From Eledone cirrhosa (taxonomy: Eukaryota), in NCBI GenBank assembly GCA_964016885.1, contig OZ024763.1, positions 9,610,001-9,674,000 on the forward strand: DNA of 64,000 nt, read 5' to 3'. Both the position numbers and the translations under genes were made by a program. The notes under the pieces are model-generated. The model saw nothing but the letters and a program-made list of their open reading frames with translations. It made no database searches and was not told where the DNA came from. Positions within the stretch are counted from its first letter, which is position 1. Each line of letters starts with the position of its first letter. Shown one piece after another: positions 26,830-39,079 of the stretch.

Positions 26830-29404
26830 AACATTTAGAGTCGGACAATATAGAGGGAGAGTGGGAATTTCTGAAAGCAAACCTGCTGTTGGCGACAGAC
26901 GAGGTCTGTGGCTGGAGCAGGCCTGTAGGCAGGAGGAGAGTAACATGGTGGTGGAACAGTAAGGTGGAGGGGTCAATTAAGGCCAAAAAGCAGGCTTGGA
27001 AAGTATGGCGGGATGGGGGAAGTAGAGAGGACTATCAAGTGGCCAGGAGGGAAGCTAGGAGACAAGTGTACTTAGCAAGAAGGGAAGCTGAGGAAAGAAA
27101 GTTCAAGCATGTTCTACAACGCGATGACCAAAAACGTGAGGTGTTCAGGATTGCTAGGCAATGCGTCAAGGAAAACCGTGATATTGTCGGGGAGAAGTGT
27201 GTACTAAACGACGATGGCACACTTGCCATCACCGACGCTGATAAGAAGGTAGCTTGGAAGTGTCACTATGAAAGGCTTCTAAATGAGGAGAATAATTGGG
27301 AGAAAGGCAGTCTCCCCCATATCGACCCAATAGAGGGACCAGCAGTGTTAGTCGAGGGGAGTATAATAAGTAAGGCAATCAAGGATATGAAGACTGGTAA
27401 GGCGGCTGGGCCTTCGGAAATAGTTGCTGAGATGCTGAAGGCATCTGGCACGGTGGGACACACCATGGTCACCCGCATAGTTAACCAAGTCGTACAGAAC
27501 GGGGTTGTTCCGAAGGACTGGCATAGCAGCATCATCGTTAACTGTTATAAGGGTAAAGGAGACGCCCTAGATAGGAGTAACTATAGAGGCATTAAATTAA
27601 TCGACCAGGTCATGAAGGTCACGGAAAGAGTAATAGCGCAACTAATCAGAGAGAGAATTGACCTAGATGAAATGCAGTTCGGGTTTGTGTCAGGCAAAAG
27701 TACCACAGACGCTCTTTTCATAGTACGACAACTACAGGAGAAGTACCTAGCTAAAGGTAAACCCCTCTACTTAGCTTTTGTCGACTTGGAGAAAGCCTTC
27801 GACAGAGTCCCCCGCTCCATTATCTGGTGGGCTCTTAGAAAACTAGGCGTCGACGAATGGCTTGTGAGGGCTATACAAGCCATGTATAAAGAAACAGTCA
27901 GCAAGGTTAGAATTAACAACGAATATAGTGAAGAGTTTAGCGTAAAAGTCGGCGTCCATCAGGGCTCTGTTCTCAGTCCACTACTATTTATTATTGCCCT
28001 TCAGGCTATAACAGAGGAGTTCAAGACAGGCTGCCCATGGGAACTCCTATACGCAGACGACCTGACACTCATAGCGGAATCAATGGCCGAGCTAGAGAAG
28101 AAATTCCAAACATGGAAGCACGGCCTAGAGTCAAAAGGACTTAAAATTAACCTGGCTAAGACCAAAGTACTAGTTTGTAGGAAAGAAAACAAGGCGGCGG
28201 TCCCTTCGGGGAAATGGTCGTGCTCGGTGTGTAGGAAAGGCGTAGGTAGAAACTCCATTTTATGTCCTAAATGCAAAGTATGGGTGCATAAAAGATGTAG
28301 TGGGATCACAGGTAAGCTAACTAAGAACATAGATTTTACATGTGGCCGGTGCTCTGGTGCAATAAGTAGCAGCAAGTGCCCACAAACTACTAGCTCTTTC
28401 AATTGCGCAGAGGGTTCTATAGAAATAGTGGACAGCTTCCGTTACCTGGGCGATAAAATCAGCAGTGGGGGAGGGTGCTCTGAAAGTACTGTAGCTAGAG
28501 TCAGAACTGGTTGGAAAAAGTTCAGAGAGCTTATACCACTATTAGCTGCTAAAGGGTTCTCACTAAAAATGAAAGGCAGGTTGTACGATGCCTGCATACG
28601 AACAGCAATGCTGCATGGCAGTGAGACCTGGGCATTGTGTGCAGAGGATATACGCAGACTAGAGAGGAACGAAGCTTGCATGCTCCGCTGGATGTGTAAC
28701 AGTAATATACGTGAACGGCAAAGCATAAACGAACTAAGGAATAAATTAGAGATAAGAGGGATCAGATGTTGTTTACTCGAGAGAAGGCTACGTTGGTATG
28801 GACACGTGATGCGCATGAAAGTCGATAGCTGTATAACAAAGTGCAGGGCAATAAAGATAGACGGTAGTCACGGAATAGGCAGACCTAGAAAAACCTGGGA
28901 CGAGCTGATAAACTCCGACATCACACACTTACACCTCTCCAAGACAATGTCACTGGACCGAGACCTTTGGCGGTACTCAGTAACAGAGAAGACCCGCCTT
29001 ACCTAAATATATAGTAAAACCTACTCCAGCCAGTAGGCATCTCTAACAAAATACACCCCGTCCCACCACCCCCACCCCCACCCGATCCACACCACCCCGT
29101 TCTATGTAAAGTTATGTTGGTGCCGCGCCATCGAGGCCGAAACAAATGAGATCGTGTAGGTGTCACGACAAAAAACACACAGTCCACGCTGTAATGTGGC
29201 CGTGTAGGCAACACGGTAAAAACCTCCCAGACCCACACTGTAAATGTGGTTGGTGTTAGGAAGGGCATCCAACTGTAGAAAACCTGCCAGACAGTCCTAT
29301 GCGAGCAAGACAATCACTCTTGCCTCAAGTGGGACTACCCCCGTCCAAACCCATGCAAGCGTGGAACACGGACGTTAAACGTTGATGATGATGATGATGA
29401 TGAT
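26830..29404 (+). mobile_element. RTE LINE, 5'-truncated (no APE), intact ~725-aa RT-PHD ORF ending 29006, 3' UTR and (GAT)n tail
   Basis: WWWN, NYRGIKL, FVDLEKAFDRV, QGSVLSPLLF, YADD, SFRYLG, GRPRKTW. The ORF track's N-terminus is microsatellite read-through. Confidence 0.97.
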
Positions 29405-29539
29405 ATATATGTGTGTGTGTGTGTGTGTGAGTCCATACGTATATATACATATATATATATGTGTGTGTGTGAGTCCATACGTATATATATATGTGTGTGT
29501 GTGAGACCATGTCTTAGTCTGTGTGTCATGTAAGCAGGT

Positions 29540-29980
29540 CAGGGATCTGTTGGCCAACTACATTTTCCAGCCTGTGGAGTCTGAGACGCTTGGGGGAGTC
29601 GGGCTACTGACTGCGAGATTCTTATCTTCACTGGCGGCTTGCCAAACAGAGGTAACTGGTGATGCTGGTGAGGGTGCTTAGCTGTTCCAGTATCTCAGCC
29701 TCGCCATCACCCCAGGTGTGCTGGCTTGCCTCAAAAATTATTGGAGAGGTTTCCCAGTGCTGTTCGTAATATTGCTATATTTTGTTCTGGCAACAGTTCG
29801 TTTGTCCACCCCTTTCGCCTGTCTTTTGTTGTATGTCGTCTAAGATTTGTGTACTAACTGTTTATATGTTTTTTCTCTTTCTTTTTTTCTTTCCCTTTCC
29901 TTTTCCTATATTATATTTGTTTGTGTTTTTGCTCTGTAAGTATTATATCATATTTTTTATACAACTGTGAAAAAAAATTC
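29540..29980 (+). mobile_element. CRE-like LINE 3' end
   Basis: FQPVESETLGGVG and LSLAI remnants; T-rich UTR ending in poly(A). Confidence 0.6.
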
Positions 29981-30344
29981 ACTATATATATAGTACCAGA
30001 TTTACTACTAGGGTTGATGTGATTGACTAAATCAAGGCAGTGTTCCAGCATGGCCAGAGTGCTGTTTCTGAGGATCAACAGCAGAATGGATGACTTTTGT
30101 TGAGGTTAATACTATTGATTAGTCAGTATATCGATCAAAATTTTTGTTTATTTTCCCCTTCTGAAATGATTGTAAAACAATGGATTAACTAACAACTAAA
30201 CCTTGTCTGATTTGTTTTCATTGTTCAACTTTATATATATATATATATAATGTATATATATATATATATATCTTATATATATATATATATACACATATAT
30301 ATATATAATATATCTTATATATATCTTATATATATATATATATA

Positions 30345-30700
30345 TTATAAAATAACAGGAGGCTAGACTGGTGTAAACCCTTAAAAGGTTTATTATACTA
30401 TGATCATTTCAGTGACCAGGTTCAGTATGAATCCGGTGACATCATCAGGTATTTGAAATATAACAAAGGAATATAATAGACAAAATCCATGGAGCTGAAA
30501 AGCAGCGACAGGAGGGCGGCAGAACATTTAGCAGCCTCTAGCCCGGTCAGCCGCCCTCAAGTGATGATTATTAAGTCTAATTATGTCCTTGGGGTGAAGG
30601 GGCATAGGCTTATAGTGTACTACCACCACCCCGTCATAGACAGAGGCCAGCGGTGAGATCAGGTTACAATCAAGCTGCTCAGGAGTGCTAGAAAGTGCCG
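30345..30700 (-). mobile_element. Probable Penelope-like pseudo-LTR fragment containing a hammerhead
   Basis: Hammerhead core, then AATAAA, then (TA)n; the 3' end is shared with 61990-62095. Confidence 0.65.
30395..30452 (-). ncRNA. Type I hammerhead ribozyme (palindromic stem III)
   Basis: Minus strand: ATAC-CTGATGA-T-[GTCACCGGATTCA tac TGAACCTGGTCAC]-T-GAAA-TGATCA-TA-GTAT. Confidence 0.8.
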
Positions 30701-30720
30701 TTATATTCAGTCACCTAGGT

Positions 30721-31305
30721 AGCTTTTGCTACCTAGGTGACTGAATATAACAGTGGAGGTGGGTGTTTGGAAAGTACAGTAACCAGGGTAAGAATGGGGT
30801 GGAAGAAGTTCAGGGAGCTACTGCCACTGCTAACTGCAAAAGGATTTTCCCTCAAATAAAGGCAGACCGTATGATGTGTGCATACGAACAGCAATGCTAC
30901 ATGGTTGACCTAGGCACTGTGTGTAGAAAACTTGTGTAGATTAGAAAGAAACGAAGCTTGCATGCTCCGATGGATGTGTAATAGTAATATACGCAAACGG
31001 CAAAGCATAAATGAATTGAGAGAGAGACTGAGCATAAGTGGAATCAAATGCTGTGTGCAGGAGAGGAGGTTGCGATGGTATGGACATGTGATGCGTATGA
31101 AGGATGACAGCTGCATAAAAAAGTGCAGAGCACTAGAAGTCGATAGAAGGCGTGGGGTGGGGAGACCCAAGAAGACCTGGGATGAGGTGATAAAAGCTGA
31201 CCTTACCCAATTACACCTCTCAAAGCCGATGACACACGACCGTGACTGCTGGCATCCTGCAGTAATACAGAAGACCCGACCCCCCACGGGTACAAGCCGA
31301 AGCTG
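30721..31305 (+). mobile_element. RTE LINE 3' fragment with 5' fold-back
   Basis: SFCYLGD; RLERNEACMLRWMC; GRPKKTWDE. Confidence 0.9.
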
Positions 31306-31309
31306 AAGC

Positions 31310-33715
31310 ATATAGACAATATGCAAAATACAAAATTTTTAGATAAATGCCTTCACAGAGTCTTATGAGCTGTTAGCCCAACTTTACAATGAAATAGTTA
31401 AGGAGCCAGAAAAGATATCATCATGGCTAGTTAACGGCATTACATTCCTGCTTCCGAAGAATGATGAGACAAACAATCCCAAAAATTACAGACCGATAAC
31501 TTGCTTGACCACAATGTATAACATTTTAACATCAGTCCTAACTGAATATACATATGACCACCTGATAACAAATGACCTATTTCCCAATGAGCAGAAAGGG
31601 TGTAAACGAGGCTCATATGGCTGTAAGGATCAGCTTTTGGTTAACAAAATGATACTGGAAGATTGTCATAATAGACACAAAAGTCTATCAATTGCTTGGA
31701 TAGATTATAAAAAAGCATTCGATAGTTGCCACACAGTTGGATTGAAAAATGTTTAGAGATTTTCAAAATATCTCCCGTTGTCAGGAGGTTCTTGTCATTC
31801 AGTATGAAGACATGGAAAATGACACTCCTTTTGAATAGTGAAACAAAATCACTGGAAGCTGGAGAAGTTAATATTAATTGTGGAATTTTTCAGGGTGACT
31901 CTTTATCACCGCTTTTATTCTGCATAGCACTTATACCATTAAGTAAAATGCTCAATGAAACAAAACATGGATATAAAGTCTATGACAAAACTATTAATCA
32001 CTTGTTCTACATGGATGACCTGAAACTATTTGCAAAAAATGATGAACAATTGCAAGGGCTATTATCCACTGTGGAGCAGTTCAGTGATGACATTAAAATG
32101 GAGTTTGGACTAGATAAATGCGCCAAAGCAACGTTCACCAGAGGAAAGCTGCTGAAAAGTTCAGACATTAATCTTGATCGGGGGAATGTGATAAGAGAAC
32201 TTGATCAAGAGGAAACTTACAAATATCTTGGTGTTTGTGAAGGAGACGGAATCAAGCACTCGACAATGAGGGAAAGGATAAGGAAGGAATGTTACCGCAG
32301 AGTAAGAGCAATCTTAAGAACGGAATTGAATGCAAGGAATAGGATTGATGCCATAAACACGCTTTCCATACCAGTAGTAACCTACAGTTACAATTTCATC
32401 AACTGGTCAAGCACAGAAATCTGTAGGCTCGATACAAAAATTGGAAAATTCTTAACCATGCACAGAATGCATCACCCTAAGGCAGATACAGATAGAATAT
32501 ATCTCCCTAGGAAAGAAGGAGGACGTGGGTTAATCCAGTTAGATATTGCATTGAAAACTGCAACAATTGGATTATCTACATATCTAAGGGAATCACATGA
32601 TTGGATGATCAAACTCGTTGTGAAACACGAAAGCATCAAAAGATCATACTCCATTACAAAAGATGCACAAAGATACAGTAATGGACTACAAATTTCAGAA
32701 GTCCCATTTACTGCTGAAATAGAAAACACAGAAAAAGCAAACCAGGTAAAAGTAACTGCAAAGAAAGAACTGCTACAGAAACTGGCTAAGAAATGGCAAG
32801 AAAAGCCTCTGTATGGAAAATACCCAGAAAGAGCTAACAATCCTGATGTTGACAAAACTTTAACCCATCAGTGGTTGGGATCCTCTGGACTGAGATTGGA
32901 GACTGAAGGACTGATTATATCAGCACAAGATCAGTGTCTGCCAACAAAAAATTACCAAGCCAACATAATAAAAAATGGATGCAGCCCATTATGCCGTGTA
33001 TGTAAAAAACAACCAGAGACGATTGATCATATAATTTCAATGTGCAGTCCTATAGCTCCAACCGAATACCTAAACAGGCATGATAGAGCTGCACAATACA
33101 TACATTGGATAATGTGTAAGCATTTTGACCTGCCCCATCAAAAGAATTGGTGGGAGCATCAACCACCTCCCATACTTGAAAAAGATCACATCTCAATCTT
33201 GTGCATCCAAACAGACCGAAAAATAGATGCCAATAGACCTGATATAATACTGAAGGACTTTAAAAAGAGGGTATGCCTGCTAATTGATATGTCCGTTCCA
33301 ATAGACAAGAATGTATCTATAAAAACATTTGAAAAATTGAGCAAGTATAAGGGCCTGGAGATAGAAATTGGAAAAATGTGGAAATTGAGAACTAAAACAA
33401 TACCAGTGGTTGTAGGCGCCCTAGGAATGATACCTAAGGGGTCTAATGATTACTTATTGCAAATCCCAGGAAACCCGCGTATAGGAGAAATACAAAAGAT
33501 ACTACTAATGGGAACTGCCCATATACTAAGGAAGATTCTGTCAATATAAGTACATCACAAGTCTAAACACCTAAAGATGCATGTGTGTGTATGTATGTTC
33601 TTTCTTGAACATGGCGGACCTTGTTGTCTCTTGAGGTCACTGGTTGTGACTTGGTGATAACTCGTATGAACATAAAGCAAGATAAATGCAACTATAATAA
33701 TAATAATAATAACAA
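31310..33715 (+). mobile_element. Dong/R4-clade LINE, 5'-truncated, one frameshift near 31730, (TAA)n tail
   Basis: NYRPITCL, WIDYKKAFDS, QGDSLSPLLF, YMDD, CCHC knuckle CRVC..H....C, and RPD..D..K endonuclease; stop at 33549. Confidence 0.95.
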
Positions 33716-34245
33716 TTTACCACATTCTGAGAAGTGGTATGAGCATAAGCCAGAGTCGGTGATGGAAAACGATCAGGTGAAGGTGCTGTGGGATTTTAGG
33801 ATACAGACGGACAAGAAACTGGAACACAATAGACCTGACCTGGTGGTTTTGGACAAGGGAAAAAGATCGTGCCTGCTTGTAGATGTAGCCTGCCCATTCG
33901 ACACGAGAGTGCAAGAGAAGGAGAGGGAGAAAATTAACCGATACCAGGACTTAAAGTGGGAGGTAAAAAGGATTTGGAACTGCCATGAGGTCAAAGTGGT
34001 CCCGATTGTCATAGGCGCACTAGGTACTATCTCAAAGAGTTTCCAAGGATGGTTAAAGAAAATTGGTCCCACCCCTTTTTTTGGAACACTTCAAAAGGCA
34101 TGCTTGCTGGGAACAGCAAGAACCCTCCGATACGTCCTGAATATCTGAGGCTGTAGGTAGTGGCTTGATATTCATTTCAACAAACTTTCCAGTTAAATAA
34201 CATCAATGACTGAGACTCAAAGAACAATAATAATAACAATAATAT
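33716..34245 (+). mobile_element. Second Dong/R4-family LINE 3' end inserted in the (TAA)n tail of the first
   Basis: WDFRIQTD..NRPDLVV..VDVACP..KINRYQDL; stop at 34148; AAT tail. Confidence 0.92.
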
Positions 34246-34716
34246 TTAGGATACAGACGGAGAAGAAATTAGAACAGAATAGACCTGACCTGGTGGTTTT
34301 GGACAAGCAAAAAAGGTTGTGCCTGATTGTAGATGTAGCCTGCCCATTTGACACGAGAGTGCAAGAAAAGGAGAGGGAGAAAATTAACCGATACCAGGAC
34401 TTAAAGTGGGAGTTAAAAAGGATTTTGAACTGCTATGAAATCAAGGCCGTCCCGATTGTCATAGGTGCACTAGGTACTATCTCAAAGAATTTCCAAGGAT
34501 GGTTAAAGAAGATTAGTACAGCCCCATTTTTTGGAACACTTCAAAAGGCATGCTTGCTGGGAAATCCACCCGAAACTGACAACCATGTTCAATGACTGCT
34601 TGATGTCGTGTGAGGTACCAGAGTGGTTGACAAAAGGTACCACAGTTCTGGTAATGAAAGACCGAATCAAGGATAATGATGTTACCAACTATAGACCTAT
34701 CACATGTCTGTCCGTA
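34246..34716 (+). mobile_element. Third R4 endonuclease fragment joined to an R4 RT N-terminal fragment
   Basis: Near-duplicate of 33795-34112, then PEWLTKGTTVL..NYRPITCL. Confidence 0.85.
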
Positions 34717-34717
34717 A

Positions 34718-34735
34718 TGTTGGTGTTCCTGTTGG

Positions 34736-34778
<43 letters not shown>

Positions 34779-35641
34779 GGTGTTGTTGGTGCTGTTGTTG
34801 ATGTTGGTGTTGTTGGTGTTGTTGTTGGTGCTGGTGTTGTTGGTGGTGTTGGTGGTGTTGGTGTTGGTGGTGTTGGTGTTGGTGGTGTTGTTGTTGGTGT
34901 TGTTGGTGTTGTTGGTGTTGTTGGTGTTGGTGTTGTTGGTGTTGGTGTTGTTGGTGGTGTTGTTGGTGTTGTTGGTGTTGGTGGTGGTGTTGTTGGTGTT
35001 GTTGGTGTTGTTGTTGTTGGTGTTGTTGTTGGTGTTGTTGGTGTTGGTGGTGTTGTTGTTGGTGTTGGTGGTGTTGTTGTTGGTGTTGTTGGTGTTGTTG
35101 TTGTTGGTGTTGGTGTTGTTGTTGTTGGTGTTGTTGTTGTTGGTGTTGTTGTTGGTGTTGTTGTTGGTGCTGTTGGTGTTGTTGTTGGTGCTGTTGGTGT
35201 TGTTGCTGGTGGTGGTGTTGTTGGTGTTGTTGTTGGTGTTGTTGTTGGTGGTGTTGTTGGTGGTGTTGTTGGTGGTGTTGTTGGTGGTGCTGGTGTTGGT
35301 GTTGTTGGTGCTGTTGTTGGTGGTGTTGTTGGTGTTGTTGGTTTTGGTGTTGTTGGTGTTGTTGTTGTTGGTGCTGTTGGTGTTGTTGTTGGTGTTGTTG
35401 TTGGTGTTGTTGTTGTTGTTGTTGGTGGTGTTGTTGTTGGTGGTGTTGTTGTTGGTGGTGTTATTGGTGTTGTTGGTGTTGTTGTTGGTGTTGTTGGCGG
35501 TGTTGGTGGTGTTGTTGTTGGTGTTGTTGGTGGTGTTGGTGGTGGTGGTGGTGGTGGTGTTGTTGGTGGTGTTGTTGGTGTTGTTGTTGGTGTTGTTGGT
35601 GGTGTTGTTGGTGTTGTTGTTGGTGGTGTTGTTGGTGTTGG
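34718..35641. repeat. (GTT/GGT)n trinucleotide tract, ~920 bp
   Basis: Direct inspection. Confidence 0.98.
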
Positions 35642-36109
35642 ACAGAGAAAAACAGTCGGCACTGGTGTGTTTATGATGTATTAAAAAGTTGAAATAATAA
35701 TACATTGTGAGAATGTTCTGAAGGTATTGCATTAATAAAACTCCTGGTGATATAGAAAAGTTAGAAAAACAGTGTTTCACTGTGAAATAATCACTCCAGA
35801 TATTTTAGCACCTTATTTACATAGAATTTGAAATTAGTGAAAATACTAACTCTGAATATAAGCCGATCCCCCACCATTTTACCATTGATTTTTTGGCCAC
35901 ATATTCTTCAGTTTATATAAATGGTGTATACTGAGATGTACACATCACCTACGCAGGTACTTAATTGGGGCTACTGCCTCTCTGATGGGCCAGAAGTCAC
36001 ATATCTTATTTACTTCCCACACTTTTCCAATTGTACTAAGTGCCTTTTATTCTAGCATCCTCTCATACAGTATGTGTATGTGTGGGTGGGTATATATATG
36101 TATATATAT

Positions 36110-36660
36110 GTATAGCAAAAAAAATATTTTCTCACAGTCTTTTCTTTTCACTTAGACATGGCCAGCAAGTAAGTGACCTGTGACCTTGCAGAGAAGACAA
36201 TAGATAAATTCTCCTGAAGGAAGGGTTTACGGCACCAGTCCTACGCACCAGTCCTACGAAGGAGAAAATATTCTTGGGCCATCTGTTATCTATAAAAAAT
36301 AACTAGCCATCATTACAAATAGGGTGTCCTGTGGTCCTAACTCACTCAGTCATCTACCTCCTAGACAACACAGCTTCCTTGCCACTTCACTTGTACACTG
36401 TAACCTCGCCATAATAGAGTTTACTACTACCTCTGCGTGTACATACTGTTTGACTACAACTTTTTAAGGGAACATTCCATGGTAAATAAAGAGACCCTCG
36501 CTCAATACAATAGCCTCATTGAACACTATATTCATTTGTGAATACTATAATCAAAAATAGTTTTTCATATGTTTTCGCTTTTTGCTGAAGTGAAGTAAAA
36601 ATGAAAAAATGTATATTAAACCAGAATTGTTGAATTGTTGGTATTTATCATGTTTGTCAT
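36110..36660. repeat. Duplicated block, copy A (copy B at 55398-55925)
   Basis: 36156-36397 reads identical to copy B; flanks diverge progressively. Confidence 0.92.
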
Positions 36661-36880
36661 ATCTTATACACACACTCACATATATATATTTATTCATTAT
36701 TACACAGATTAAAGGTTTAAGCAAACAATTTCTGCTTTCATGGGATCTTGTTGTATAAATATATATTAAAAAAATATACACACAGTAAACATATATGTTA
36801 TTGCATATGTCTCTATATCTACAACTCTTATTAAGTCTTCTCTCGATTTTGGTGTTTGTATTTAATATCACTACTACTAC

Positions 36881-36922
<42 letters not shown>

Positions 36923-37216
36923 AAGTTGATGGACTTTAGAAAGGCGCTACAATGTAGATGGGTTGTAAATACTCAGGCAAGAAACTCGGGTGAAGAATCA
37001 GACGTAATGTTACTTTGTAGGCATTTATTGGTCCCTATATTTCAGATGTACTATCCATTGTCAAGGAGGTCTAAAGGAAACTTCAAATGTCAGAGAGAGC
37101 CTTTCTGTGCCTCTGAATGGCTCACGTTTCAGTTAAATATATATACATATATGTATGTAAAAGGTAAACAGAAATAACAACACAATTGGTAGTCTCGCTT
37201 CCCCCCACCTCTCTCT

Positions 37217-37251
<35 letters not shown>

Positions 37252-37394
37252 GTGGTTGATATGATCAACTGAAAGATGGTACTCCAGTATGGTCGCAATG
37301 TAATGACTGAAACCAGTAAAAAGTATTAAAAAATGATAAAAGGAAAGAAAAACATATACAAAATACAAAATAAATACAACTAAAAATGGCTTAC

Positions 37395-39035
37395 CTTGTT
37401 ACCAGTAACATCTTCAAGATCATCCAAATAATAACCAGTGGGCAGCTTGATTTGTGTCTGTTGTAGAAGAGGGGAGCAACCATGTGGCTCCATCTGGTTT
37501 CTAAATTGGGTTGTCTTCCTTGGTGACAGACCGCTTTGTCTTTTTCTTCGTACTTGTTCAATTTCAGGTCTGACTTTGGAGTTTGAATTTGATTTAGATT
37601 TTGATCCCGGTTTAAACCCGATATCACTTTGCAGTTCAAATGTGGATCTATGTTTATGTAGCTGAGGGTTTATGTTGAGCTTGGGGTAAGTTCTTTTCTC
37701 ATTTCCAACAGTAGTCCACCTGTTTTTTTCCAAACTGCTCGCTTTTGAAGGAGTTAATTCAGGAATTGGAGTCTCTGCACTCCAGTTCCAGTTGTAAGGT
37801 GTGGGGTCGGAATTGGACACTGTTGGTTGGGATCGGGATCTTGTGATTGGTTTAGTGCGGGGCCTCCTGCTGATTCTTGTAGGTTCCCGATGGTTAACCG
37901 GTGACCTACATTCATTATCTGAACTTCGGATGTCATTGGTGTTGTCAATGACACTGAGCCTGCTAATTCTTCCAGAGTGCAATGTCAAAGAGGCTAACGA
38001 CGTGTCACTATCCAAGCTTAAGTCATCATCATCTCTGTTGAATCTATGGGGTTGTGGAGCCAAAAGTGTTGATGTCAGCTCACTGTTTAAGCTCAAGATG
38101 TCATCATTGATGTGACTGTGCCCACGGTTAGGTTGTGAGATGAAAACTGATGAGGATGTTAGCTCACTGTTTAAGCTCGAAATGTCATCATCATCGTGGA
38201 GGAGGTGATCACTGGTTTGGTTAAGATGTTGTAGATGTTGCAGTTGTGATTGTTGTTGTTGTTGTGGACTCAACAGCGATGATGGCATCGGGTTATAATG
38301 TAGACTTGAGATATTGGTGCCATGGAGACCATGGAGTCCACTGCGTGTAATGTCAAGTTGTGGAACCAAAAGTAATGATGTCAGGTCACTATCAAAGCTT
38401 TCATCATGAAGATTACCAATTCCGCTGCTGGCTTGCAGACCTGGAACTGGGGAAGATGCCAAGTCATCATCAGAGTCTGAGATAATGTGTTTCTGCAAAC
38501 TACTTATTCTGGTTTGTGGAGCCAGATCTTGTGGTGTCAGGTTGCCACTCAGAGTGTCATTGTTGTCATGGAAACCACTGACTTTAGCCAATTGTGGCAC
38601 AAAGATCAATGATGCTAGGTCACTATCTGAGCCAGAGTTGCTGGTTTTATCTTCCCCATCATCTTCTTCTGCCTCCTCTTCATTACCATCGTTATTGCTC
38701 TTACTGTGGTTGTCATTGGTAACAATCGCTGACTGGTACTCTTCTGTGATCGTGTCCAACAGTTCAGTCGTGTCACATGTACTTAAGGAATCAGACTGGT
38801 TCCATTGATCAGAGGTTTGGTAAATTTCGGAGTCTAGCTGCCAGGAATCCATGTTAAAACAGGCTCCTTCATCTTCATTATCTCCCTCTTCTTTAACTAC
38901 ATCTCTTTCTTCCTTTTTCACATCATCATCATCATCTGCTAAGGTTACTTTTTCTTCATGTTTTTCTTGTTCTTGTAGTTGTTGTTCATCATCACCATCA
39001 TCTGATGGTGATGATGATGATGATGATGGTGTCGG

Positions 39036-39079
<44 letters not shown>

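Noticed and set aside
34531-35780. Poly-L/V/G, T/N and T/P mucin-like ORFs
   Set aside because: Pure GTT/GGT tract open in most frames.
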